NCBI GenBank assembly: GCA_963796455.1
Contig: CAWCLO010000001.1
Span: 1,152,001-1,216,000 of the forward strand
Direction: 5' to 3'
Source of the DNA: Candidatus Sulfomarinibacteraceae bacterium
GTDB taxonomy: Bacteria > Acidobacteriota > Thermoanaerobaculia > Thermoanaerobaculales > Sulfomarinibacteraceae
Length of the DNA stretch: 64,000 bases
The notes under the pieces were generated by a model. The model did not search any database. It was given only the letters and a program-made list of their open reading frames with translations, and had not been told where the DNA came from. A program made the position numbers and the translations under genes. Positions 1-8,540 of the stretch are shown here, in pieces (position 1 is the stretch's first letter; every line of letters starts with the position of its first letter).

Positions 1-315
1 CTCGGGCCGGTAGATTCGAACGACGGCCTTGAGGAGTGCACCGGGGATCATCCGGGTCTGGCGCTCGGCGTGCATATCGGCCAGCAATTGCGCAAAGACC
101 CTGAAGAAATCAACCAGGAAATTGAGGTCGGTCTCGAGACGGCGGAACCTTCTCGACGACTCCTCCCTGGATTCCTTGGTTTCCAATACCGCTCGATTGC
201 GTTCGACAGTGCTCTTTCTCAGGGCCACCAGCAGCGCAATCACGATCAGCGCCAACGCCAGCACCACAAGCACCGCTGCCTGCGCCATCGGCGGCCACTG
301 GGCGATATCGGTCAA
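1..315 (-). CDS. N-terminal part of a membrane-anchored protein (single TM helix then charged helix), runs off the left edge; possibly signal transduction
   Basis: Not in the ORF track because it is open at the edge. TTG at 315 with GGAGG upstream; my translation MTDIAQWPPMAQAAVLVVLALALIVIALLVALRKSTVERNRAVLETKESREESSRRFRRLETDLNFLVDFF... has no stop to position 1. Confidence 0.6.
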   Translation of the reverse strand, partial: MTDIAQWPPMAQAAVLVVLALALIVIALLVALRKSTVERNRAVLETKESREESSRRFRRLETDLNFLVDFFRVFAQLLADMHAERQTRMIPGALLKAVVRIYRPE

Positions 316-465
316 ACGCAAACCTCCCAAACGCTCGAACCCGGACGAAACGGGTCGCGGACTCGTTTCGATCCAAAAAACTGGTCCATCGATTGTACAC
401 CTGATCAACGGTGGGTCGCCCGTCGGAATCGCGCTCCGGACGGTCGAACGGCTTCGCGCCGGCCA

Positions 466-1449
466 TCAATTCCTATCGGTTGCGGGTATCCGAAGCAACA
501 GAGTCTGCTGTTCTCCGAGAGGAGGCACGGGGGCGTCGATGACCCCTGTGACCGCACTGTCGGAGACCAGCCACAGCGCGTCCTCCCCGTCGATCGCGAT
601 GCCCTCGATGTTGTTGGACCAGCCCCTTGCAGGATATCCCCTCATCAAAGTGGTCAGGTCGAGCAAAACCTCCGTGCTCCCCGTCTCGAGATCCACGTCG
701 ATGATTTCGTAGCGTTCACCCGGATACTGGGTCTTGAGCGCAATCAAGCGCCCCTGTCGCCAGGCGAGCCCGGTCAACCGCCAGTTGCAGTCCTCGAGTT
801 CGACCCGTGTCGGTTGACCGTCCAGAAGGAGTTGATCGCCATCCCTTTGCAAAGGAAATATAGTCGAAAAACAACCATCTGACTCGTTGCCGCTCCGTTC
901 CAACAAAAGCAGGATCCGACCGGTCCGAGCGTCAAATTCGATGCCCTCGAATCCGATTTTTCCACCTTCGACCTCGAGCCCTTCCAGATGGAGCCGCCTG
1001 GCCCCCACGCGCGACTCGGATGGCAGATCGGCAATTGTGCTGTTGTCTCCCATCCTGATTTCATAAACGGCCGCGTGGGCCTCGTCGCACAAGAAAATCG
1101 ACGAACCGGCCACGGCAATTCCCTCGAGCTCTGCGTGGCGAGGAACATCCAGACGCACAACCCGAGCGTCGGGGTCGGTCGTAGCGTCGATGACGAGCAA
1201 CCTCGCATACTTTTCTGAAGGCAGGACGAGCAGACCGGAGACCATTGCCAATCCCGAAGCCTCCAGTTCGTAGTCTTGAGCAAAGGACGGATCGTCGGCC
1301 CTCCAGACAATCTCCTCGGCAAGGTCTACATCCCACGCGACACCACGGCCCATCCGATCCTGCACCGTCGTACTGCACCCCGTTGCCGTGGCGACCAGGG
1401 CCAAGACCGCCAACAAGTTCGGGCGCCTGATCAGTGTCCTGATTCCCAT
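466..1449 (-). CDS. Putative lipoprotein with beta-propeller-like repeats (SdiA-regulated/phytase-like appearance)
   Basis: Signal peptide ending ALVATATGC; repeated EASGL/LEGIA/FEGIE/IEGIA blade motifs; GGAG upstream of ATG 1449, directly after the mtnA stop. Confidence 0.6.
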   Translation of the reverse strand: MGIRTLIRRPNLLAVLALVATATGCSTTVQDRMGRGVAWDVDLAEEIVWRADDPSFAQDYELEASGLAMVSGLLVLPSEKYARLLVIDATTDPDARVVRLDVPRHAELEGIAVAGSSIFLCDEAHAAVYEIRMGDNSTIADLPSESRVGARRLHLEGLEVEGGKIGFEGIEFDARTGRILLLLERSGNESDGCFSTIFPLQRDGDQLLLDGQPTRVELEDCNWRLTGLAWRQGRLIALKTQYPGERYEIIDVDLETGSTEVLLDLTTLMRGYPARGWSNNIEGIAIDGEDALWLVSDSAVTGVIDAPVPPLGEQQTLLLRIPATDRN

Positions 1450-1450
1450 A

Positions 1451-2566
1451 TCAAACTCCATCGTGGCCCCGAGCCGCCGCCCGATCGGGGACAAGGGCTC
1501 GAAGCTCTTCTGCAGAGGCGCCGCAGATGCCGTGTTCGGTAATCAATCCGGTGACCAGTCTCGAAGGCGTCACATCAAATGCAAAATTCGCGGCGCGGCA
1601 ACTCGGCGGCGAGATCTTCACCGTTCGGACCTCACCGTCTTCTGCCAAACCGGACACCTGAGTCACTTCATCCGGTGATCGTTCTTCGATCGGGATCTCT
1701 TCGAGCCCGTCATGGGCGGCCCAGTCGATGGTCGTCGATGGCAGTGCCACATAGAAGGGCACGTCATTGTCGGCCGCCGCCAGGGCCTTCAGATAAGTGC
1801 CGATCTTGTTGGCCACATCGCCTGAAGCCGTCGTCCGATCGGTCCCGACGATGCACAGATCGACCATGCCGTGCTGCATCAGATGGCCACCCGCATTGTC
1901 CGTGACCAGGGTATGGGGCACTCCGTGAGAACCGAGTTCATAGGCGGTGAGCGCGGCCCCCTGATTCCTGGGACGGGTTTCATCGACCCATACGTGGATC
2001 GGAATGCCGGCATCGTGGGCCATATAGATCGGTGCCAGGGCGGTGCCCCAGTCCACCGTCGCCAACCAACCGGCATTGCAGTGGGTGAGCACGTTCAGCG
2101 GCGCCTTCCGTCCATCGCCGGCCAATCGTCGAAGAAGGGACAGTCCATGCTCGCCGATGCCCCTGCAGATCGCGACATCATCATCACAGATCCGGGCGGC
2201 GGTCTTCCACGCGGTCTCTCCACGTTCGGATTCTGAGACGCCATCGAGAGCTCGTCGGACTTCTTCGAGGGCCCAGCGAAGATTCACCGCGGTCGGTCGG
2301 GTGGCAGCCAGGACATCCAGGGCGGTCTCGAGACCTTGATCGGATGGGTCTCGCTGGAGGGCCAGCGCCATACCATAGGCCGCGGTCGCGCCGATCAATG
2401 GGGCACCGCGGACCCGCATTGAGGAAATGGCCTCCGCCGCATCCTCAAGGGTCTGCAGGCCTTTGGTCGAAAAAACATGGGGCAGCAGGGTCTGGTCGAT
2501 GATCTCCACCGATCGCCCGTCATCCGACCGCCAGATGGTCCGGTACCAGGTTTCACCAATTCGCAT
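1451..2566 (-). CDS. mtnA: S-methyl-5-thioribose-1-phosphate isomerase
   Basis: [48 protein letters not shown] motifs; the upstream ORF extension is repeat-derived. Confidence 0.95.
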   Translation of the reverse strand: MRIGETWYRTIWRSDDGRSVEIIDQTLLPHVFSTKGLQTLEDAAEAISSMRVRGAPLIGATAAYGMALALQRDPSDQGLETALDVLAATRPTAVNLRWALEEVRRALDGVSESERGETAWKTAARICDDDVAICRGIGEHGLSLLRRLAGDGRKAPLNVLTHCNAGWLATVDWGTALAPIYMAHDAGIPIHVWVDETRPRNQGAALTAYELGSHGVPHTLVTDNAGGHLMQHGMVDLCIVGTDRTTASGDVANKIGTYLKALAAADNDVPFYVALPSTTIDWAAHDGLEEIPIEERSPDEVTQVSGLAEDGEVRTVKISPPSCRAANFAFDVTPSRLVTGLITEHGICGASAEELRALVPDRAAARGHDGV

Positions 2567-2589
2567 GAGGAGCAGTATAGGGGTTCGAA

Positions 2590-2820
2590 GCTGGATGCAG
2601 GATGCAGGATGCAGGATGCAGGATCCTGGATCCTGGATGACTCTTGCCCAAGACAAGGTCATGGACAACGATCAGGGACAGCGACGGCGAACACTGATCG
2701 CTGTCCCTGTTCGCCGATTCCTGTCGCCGACGCTGCCACTGGACACTGCCCCTGCAGCCCGAGTTTCGGTCCGCACTGATCCAGCATCGACCATCGAGAA
2801 TCGAGTATCAAGCATCCGAT
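2590..2820. repeat. Composite intergenic repeat locus R1: (GGATGCA)n left arm, 16-bp boundary, CAGGGACAGCGA/TCGCTGTCCCTG inverted arms, CAGCATC/GAGTATC right arm
   Basis: Heptamer arrays and inverted arms read directly; the same modules recur at 16.9, 27.3, 53.7 and 55.9 kb. Confidence 0.85.
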
Positions 2821-2920
2821 CGCGTAGTCATGAGGCTGACCACTCGCGATCAAGTCGGGCAGGCGTATACTGCACGGGCGCGCAATCAATCAAATATGAC
2901 GCGCACAAAAAGGAGGGTTC

Positions 2921-4261
2921 ATGATGAGAAAAACGACTCTACTCATCTTGATGCTCGCGGTCGTCGTGACCTGGTCCTGCGCCAAGCAGGATGCAGTCGA
3001 CCAGGCAGCAGATCCGGCGGAAGAAGCCTATGCAGCGCTTCGGACCGCGCTGGGCGACGCGGAGACTGCTGAGCAAAAAACAACACTCTACGAGGCATAC
3101 CTCGCCGAGTATCCGGACACCGATCGGAGCGGCGGTCTGGCAGGTGCAATCGCCTACTACCGCGGCCACGAAATGAATGATCCCGAGGGCGCGTACGCGG
3201 TTCTCGATTCAGCGCTTTCGAATATCGAGGATCCTGAACAACGCTTTCAGGTCGCGATGGAGGCGCTGAGTTTTGCCGACATGGTAGAGGTCCCCTACTC
3301 GGCAGCCGATGTCGCCGGGGCCCTGGCCGCGGTCCGGCCCCTGGACTACAGCGAAAACCAGTCGGTCGCCACGACTGCGGCCGATCTCGAGGAGTGGGCC
3401 GTGGCGGACAGCCACGCCCAGACCGCCGCCGCGCTGGCCACTCCCGCGAACTACCAGGCTGACTACCCGGATCGAGAATTCACCGAAGACCAACTCGCCA
3501 CACGAGCCGGTAGGCGGTACGCGGAATCGCTCGCCTACGCGGGTTGGGCGCAATACAACATGGGCCAACTCGATGAGGCCTTCGCACGATTTGCGGCCGC
3601 CGACGAAGCCGGAAGCGTCAGCTACACGGGCGTGCCGAACACCCCGCTCTATGAGTTCTGGGGACGCGCAGCCCTTGCCGAGGGAGAAATCGACAGCGCA
3701 ATTGAATTGCTCGGTGCACAGGCGCTCTTTGGCGAGGACGGCTCGCAAGCCATGCCGTATCTGCGCGAGGCCTACGTCGCCAAAAACGGCGACGAGAACG
3801 GCTTCGACGAATTCCTGTGGGCAACCCGCAACGAACTCGCAACCGATGTCGACGATTTCGAGCTGCTCGATTACGAAGGCAACCCGTATCGCCTTTCGGA
3901 TGAAGGCGACAAAGTGGTTCTGTTGGCGTTCTGGTTCCCCACGTGAGGCGGCTGCCGCGTGGAGTTGCCACGCCTGCAACCGTTGTATGAGAAGTACAAG
4001 GACCAGGGTTTTGAAGTCGTCGCTGTGGAAGCCAAATACGACCGCGAACGCGCTCTCAAGTTCATCGAAGAGAACGGCCTCACCTACACCATGCTCGAAA
4101 ACGCCAAGGATGATGCCGACGTTGTCAGCAACATCTTCAAGGTTCGCGCATTCCCGTCGTCCTTTTTGATCGATCGAGACGGCAAGGTGATGTACTTCCA
4201 TCTCGGTTTCGAAGCCGGAGACGAAGAGCACATCGAAGAGGAGATTCTGACGCTTCTGTAG
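2921..4261 (+). CDS. Putative selenoprotein: helical/TPR-like putative lipoprotein fused to a TlpA/AhpC-TSA thioredoxin-fold domain with a UxxC motif (in-frame TGA 3944-3946 read as Sec)
   Basis: ORFs 2921-3946 and 3959-4261 are in the same frame; read-through gives FELLDYEGNPYRLSDEGDKVVLLAFWFPT-U-GGC-RVELPRLQPLYEKYKDQGFEVVAV...AFPSSFLIDRDGKV, with TGA at the first Cys of CxxC; hairpin follows. Confidence 0.88.
3947..3977 (+). promoter_or_regulatory. Candidate bacterial SECIS element
   Basis: Stem GCGTGG (3957-3962)/CCACGC (3968-3973), loop AGTTG with G at position 2, 16 nt between the TGA and the loop; possible lower stem GCGG/CTGC. Confidence 0.7.
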
Positions 4262-4282
4262 CCTCCGATTGATTCATTACTC

Positions 4283-4313
4283 ACCCCCACCCTCGTGGTG
4301 GGGGTTTGTTTTT
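4283..4313 (+). terminator. Rho-independent terminator after the selenoprotein gene
   Basis: ACCCCCACC-CTCGT-GGTGGGGGT followed by TTGTTTTT. Confidence 0.85.
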
Positions 4314-4334
4314 GGCATTTCCTGTTCGCGGTTG

Positions 4335-4620
4335 ACCCGTACCCGTACCCGTTCCGGCTCCCGTGCCCAAATCGAAGCGACAACCACAGTATCCAGCGGC
4401 AGCGACAGGGCTCAGAGACAGCGATCAGCGACAGGAAACAGCGATCAGTGTTCAGCGGCAGCGGTCAGGGGCCGCGACGGCGTGGCCATCTCCGGGTTGT
4501 TCAACAGAAGGGAAAGCTTTTGTGGTGCAGGCGTCTCGCCTGCACACCGTGCGGCCGAGAAGGCCGCACCTCAATAGCCGCGGTCCCGAAGAAGTGCGCG
4601 CTGAACGCTGTCGCTGAACC
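4335..4620. repeat. Composite repeat locus R2: (ACCCGT)3, CAGCG-rich arm, REPIN (4521-4573), short CGCTG arm
   Basis: Homologous to 27325-27630 and 53330-53660. Confidence 0.85.
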
Positions 4621-4784
4621 CTGTACGAGACGCTGCCTCGGCACGAGTGTTCGAGTTTTGACCTTGTGCGAAGGCCATTCGATAGCGCGAGCGAATCCGG
4701 CCCTGATGGGAATGGTCTCGGGAAAATCGGTTCATCTCCCACGAATTTGGTGCCCCCATCTCACGGCTGCGCCATAATTGCTCT

Positions 4785-5207
4785 ATGCCCCGCATCAATC
4801 ACGCCCTCGTGATCGACGACGACGAAATCCGTTTCGAGTTCGCCCGGAGTTCCGGGCCCGGCGGTCAGAACGTCAACAAGGTGGAAACCAAGGTTCGCCT
4901 TCTCTTTGACGTGGCGGATTCTCCTTCGCTGAACGCCGCGCAACGGGCGAGGATCGAAGACAAGCTGTCGACACGCATCACCAAGGTCGGCGTCCTCTAT
5001 ATTTCATCGCAGCGCCACCGCACCCGTGAAGCCAACCGTAAGGCCACGATCGAGAAGTTCGTGGAGTTGTTGGCCGGCGCCCTCGCAGTCGAGAAACCGA
5101 GGAAGAAAACGAGGATCTCGAAAACCCAGAAGGCGAAGCGCCTCGAATCGAAGAAACGAAAATCCCGCAAAAAGGCGATGCGCTCACGACCCGACGAGGA
5201 CTATTGA
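4785..5207 (+). CDS. arfB: Alternative ribosome rescue factor B (peptidyl-tRNA hydrolase)
   Basis: RSSGPGGQNVNKVETKV (GGQ motif), SQRHRT, basic C-terminal tail. Confidence 0.95.
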   Translation: MPRINHALVIDDDEIRFEFARSSGPGGQNVNKVETKVRLLFDVADSPSLNAAQRARIEDKLSTRITKVGVLYISSQRHRTREANRKATIEKFVELLAGALAVEKPRKKTRISKTQKAKRLESKKRKSRKKAMRSRPDEDY

Positions 5208-5263
5208 CGCAGCCACGTGAACAGATCGGAGTAGGGAGATTTTCCACCATCGCAACGGAGAGA

Positions 5264-5415
5264 CCGCAGATCACGCAGATGAGCGCAGATCGCCGGACAC
5301 TCGCCTGGACGTTGGTTGGCACCAGGACATCGCAACCACGAAGGCACGAAGACACCAAGACGGACACAAAGGAAATCCTCCGTGAGTTTCTTCGTGCCTT
5401 TGTGTCTTTGTGTTT
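5264..5415. repeat. Repeat locus R3: CGCAGAT-core nonamers plus an inverted octamer cassette CACGAAGG.../...CTTCGTGC
   Basis: ccgcagatcacgcagatgagcgcagat; cacgaaggcacgaagacaccaagac ... cttcgtgcctttgtgtctttgtg. Confidence 0.75.
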
Positions 5416-5460
5416 GCGACGTGGCGGGAGGGGCTCTAGGACAGGGAACGGCAACGGACC

Positions 5461-5709
5461 TTATTCGAGGCCCAACGCGGCGAAGGTCGAGGAGCCCCCC
5501 CGGAATCCGATGGAGACCCGCTCGTGATCAACCACCACCGGCAGGCGGTGCTCCCAGCAAAGACCGCGCAACCGGCCCATCTCATGTGGTTCTAGGGTGA
5601 GATTGATCTCGCGGAAGACGACCCCGCGGCGTTCAAAGTCGCGACACAGAGCGCTGCAGTGAGGACAACCCTCGGCGGTGAAGACCAGGAGGGTGTCGAG
5701 AGCGGCCAC
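5461..5709 (-). CDS. Small glutaredoxin-like protein
   Basis: VFTAEGCPHC motif, RLPVVV (cis-Pro loop position), VSIGF; start uncertain (GTG 5709 or TTG 5718). Confidence 0.75.
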   Translation of the reverse strand: MAALDTLLVFTAEGCPHCSALCRDFERRGVVFREINLTLEPHEMGRLRGLCWEHRLPVVVDHERVSIGFRGGSSTFAALGLE

Positions 5710-5725
5710 CCTAGCCAACCGCCGG

Positions 5726-5847
5726 TTTCGAATTCGGAGTTCGGAGTTCGGAGTTCGAAGTTGGGCAACGCATCCACCGGAGATTCAAACGCTGACGTGA
5801 GGTTTTCGGGCGGGATTTTCGAATTCCGAATTCCGAATTCCGAACTC
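5726..5847. repeat. Repeat locus R4: inverted heptamer arrays (TTCGGAG)n / (TTCCGAA)n around a unique spacer of about 55 bp
   Basis: Read directly; the arms are reverse complements. Confidence 0.85.
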
Positions 5848-6846
5848 TCAACTCTCGTCCTCACCCACGTCTTGCACATCTTCCACAAGTTGTGAAAGAT
5901 CCGCCATCCCCGGTTCCATATCGCGCAGAACCCTGGGATCGTCGCGCCAACGCGGGTGGACCTTGACCCGCAGACCGAGGTAGATCTTGGTCTGGAAGAT
6001 CTTCTCCAACTCCTCGCGCGCATCGCGCCCGATCTCGCGGATCATGCTCCCACCTTTGCCGATGACGATGCCCTTCTGGCTCTTGCGCTCGACATAGATC
6101 ATGGCTTCGAGATGGAGCAGATTGCCGCTTTCATCGAAGAGGTCGACAATCACTCCCGTGGTGTAGGGCAGCTCGTTCCGGGTCCGGTGGAGGAGTTTTT
6201 CGCGAATCACCTCAGCGACAAAAAACTTTTCGGTCTGCGTGCTGGTCAATTCCACCGGATAAAGCGGCGGCCCCTCGGGAAGACGGGTTGAGAGCTCATC
6301 GAGCAGAACATCGAGACCATCTCCCTCGAGGGCCGATATCGGCAGCACGGCGGCATCCGGTCTCTTTTCGTGGTAGCGGGCGATCAACGGCAGCAGGTCG
6401 TGTTTTGCACGGACGAGGTCGGTCTTGGTCAGCACACCGATCACCGGTGGCCGAACAGGTTTCAGAAGCTCGAAGAGATACTCCTCGCCTCCCCCCCACT
6501 CGATGGTGGAATCCACCATGTGCAGAATCACATCCACCTCTTCGAGAGCCGACCGCACCTCCTGCATCATCCGTGAGTTCATTCGGTGCAGCGGTTTGTG
6601 AACACCCGGCAGATCGAAGAATACGATCTGGCCCCGTTCATCCGTCAAGATGCCGATAATTCGATTGCGGGTCGTCTGGGGTTTGTCGGATACGATCGCA
6701 ACCTTGTCACCAACCACGGCGTTGAGCAGGGTGCTCTTGCCGGCGTTCGGCCGGCCGACCAGAGCGACGGTCCCGGAATGGATCTCGGTCTTCGACGATC
6801 GATCATCTCCATCTGGCACTCGACGAATCCCGTTCTCCGACCCCAT
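5848..6846 (-). CDS. era: GTPase Era
   Basis: GRPNAGKS, KPQTTRN, DLPG, KH domain SQKGIVIGKGG. Confidence 0.96.
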   Translation of the reverse strand: MGSENGIRRVPDGDDRSSKTEIHSGTVALVGRPNAGKSTLLNAVVGDKVAIVSDKPQTTRNRIIGILTDERGQIVFFDLPGVHKPLHRMNSRMMQEVRSALEEVDVILHMVDSTIEWGGGEEYLFELLKPVRPPVIGVLTKTDLVRAKHDLLPLIARYHEKRPDAAVLPISALEGDGLDVLLDELSTRLPEGPPLYPVELTSTQTEKFFVAEVIREKLLHRTRNELPYTTGVIVDLFDESGNLLHLEAMIYVERKSQKGIVIGKGGSMIREIGRDAREELEKIFQTKIYLGLRVKVHPRWRDDPRVLRDMEPGMADLSQLVEDVQDVGEDES

Positions 6847-6852
6847 CGTCGT

Positions 6853-8118
6853 TCACTCCGCCAGATCGGGGTCGGCGTCCTGAACCAGACGACGCACGGT
6901 CACACTGACGATGCGTCGCTCGTCCATCTCATCGACCGTGAATCGAAGACCGTTGATATCGTCCACAACCTCGGTCCCGGTTTCAGGGACCGTACCGTGG
7001 CGGGCAAAAACCAGCCCCCCGACCGTATCGACATCGTCTTCGTCGACAACGGCATCGATCAGATCGCCGAGCACCTCGAGCGGCGCTCTTCCTTGCAGCC
7101 TGAAGAGCCCCGGACTGATCTCCTGGACCTCTGGCGGCTCCCTGGGGTCGAGCTCATCCTGAATCTCGCCGACGATCTCCTCGAGGATGTCCTCCAGCGT
7201 CACGAGGCCCGAGGTTCCACCGTACTCATCAACGACAATAGCCATCTGTTGCCGCCGACTCTGAAAATCGCGCAGCAATTCTCCCAGGGCCTTGGTCTCC
7301 GGCACGACGAGACACTCACGCGCGAGTTCCCTCACCCCGGGTTCGGATCCGCGAAGCCCGTGTTTGACGAGATTTTTGACGTGAACCACACCGATGATGC
7401 GATCAACCGTCTCGTGATAGATCGGAATCCTGCTTTTGTGGGTCGCCGCAAACACCTCGAGCAGCTCGCGATAGCTATCGGTGTCGGCCACCGCCACCAT
7501 CTCGGTTCGCGGCGTCATCACCTCGCGGACGACGGTATCGAAGAAATCCACCAAGGACTCGACGATTTCTCCTTCTTCACCCTCGAAAATGCCGGCCGCC
7601 TCCCCCGCCTCGAGGTAGGCCTGAATCTCGGCATCGGTGGCCTCCTCCTCCTCGTCCTCGGGCGGAGGCCCCATGGCCGAAGGACGAAGACGCACCGACA
7701 AACCAACCAAAGGGGCCATCAGCGGCTTGACCGAACGCAACAGCATCGTCGCGGCGTCTTCCGAAAAGGGGCGTACCAGGATCCGCACGAAAAAGAGCAG
7801 CACCAGGGGCAGCAGGACCGCGATGAGAACCGGATGGTAGCTTGCCAACCCTGGAAACAGGAACACCACCAGCCACACGATCGTGAGGCCGGCGATCTGC
7901 AGCCAACGCAGCACATCGATCACGCGTGAGAGATGAACACCGGACGCAGTTCCGATGAGACTGGGATGCTCTTCGAGGATGCCCTGAAAACGGACGTTGC
8001 CAAATTTGAGGAGCGATCGCAGCAACAATTCGATGACCACGACCAGCAAGCCAAAAATGGTGCCGATGAGGACCAGGGTCACGGGGTGGGACAACCAGGC
8101 TGTCAGTCCCGCCGTCAT
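6853..8118 (-). CDS. HlyC/CorC family CBS-domain membrane protein
   Basis: TM N-terminus, VREVMTPR, SRIPIY, VVDEYGGTSGLVTLEDILEEIVGEIQDE, DTVGG. Confidence 0.9.
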   Translation of the reverse strand: MTAGLTAWLSHPVTLVLIGTIFGLLVVVIELLLRSLLKFGNVRFQGILEEHPSLIGTASGVHLSRVIDVLRWLQIAGLTIVWLVVFLFPGLASYHPVLIAVLLPLVLLFFVRILVRPFSEDAATMLLRSVKPLMAPLVGLSVRLRPSAMGPPPEDEEEEATDAEIQAYLEAGEAAGIFEGEEGEIVESLVDFFDTVVREVMTPRTEMVAVADTDSYRELLEVFAATHKSRIPIYHETVDRIIGVVHVKNLVKHGLRGSEPGVRELARECLVVPETKALGELLRDFQSRRQQMAIVVDEYGGTSGLVTLEDILEEIVGEIQDELDPREPPEVQEISPGLFRLQGRAPLEVLGDLIDAVVDEDDVDTVGGLVFARHGTVPETGTEVVDDINGLRFTVDEMDERRIVSVTVRRLVQDADPDLAE

Positions 8119-8540
8119 GGAAATATTTCTTTTCGCAGCTGAAGTTCGATCGTATTCATTTCTCCCCGGTCTCGCTGATGATCATAGCCGAGAAGATGCA
8201 AAGTGCCATGGAGAGCCAGCTCCGAAAGCTCGCGAAGCTCACCATGACCCAGCTCATCGGCCTGTCTCCGAACCGCGTCGAGCGAAATCACGATCTCGCC
8301 GAGCAGGCGCCTTCCCGACGGCAGCAGAGCTCCATCGGGAAATGACAGCACATCAGTTGCGGCATCGATGTTTCTGTATTGGCGGTTGAGTTCACGAATC
8401 CGATCGTCACCGGTCATCAGAAGATGGACCTCCGAATCAGCCTCTCCACGCGCGGCCAGGCATCGCCCGATCACCCGCCGAAGCTCACTGGCCGTTGGTC
8501 GTGCCGGTCTTCTCTCCCACCTGATGTGGACCCGAGTCAC
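8115..8540 (-). CDS. ybeY: rRNA maturation endoribonuclease YbeY
   Basis: LNRQYR, TDVLSF, HGTLHLLGYDH. Confidence 0.95.
   Translation of the reverse strand: MTRVHIRWERRPARPTASELRRVIGRCLAARGEADSEVHLLMTGDDRIRELNRQYRNIDAATDVLSFPDGALLPSGRRLLGEIVISLDAVRRQADELGHGELRELSELALHGTLHLLGYDHQRDRGEMNTIELQLRKEIFP

Noticed and set aside
110..469. 119-aa ORF coupled to the upstream stop codon
   Set aside because: No recognisable features, and it overlaps the better-supported TM-protein frame starting at 315
3944..3946. Alternative genetic code (TGA as Trp or Gly)
   Set aside because: Many conserved genes here end at TGA at their expected C-termini (mtnA, nqrA, mutS, idi), so TGA is a normal stop
6586..7929. 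Long antisense ORFs (6586-7929, 32301-33527, 43987-45282, 60225-61568 and others)
   Set aside because: Shadow frames of well-supported genes in GC-rich DNA, with no motifs
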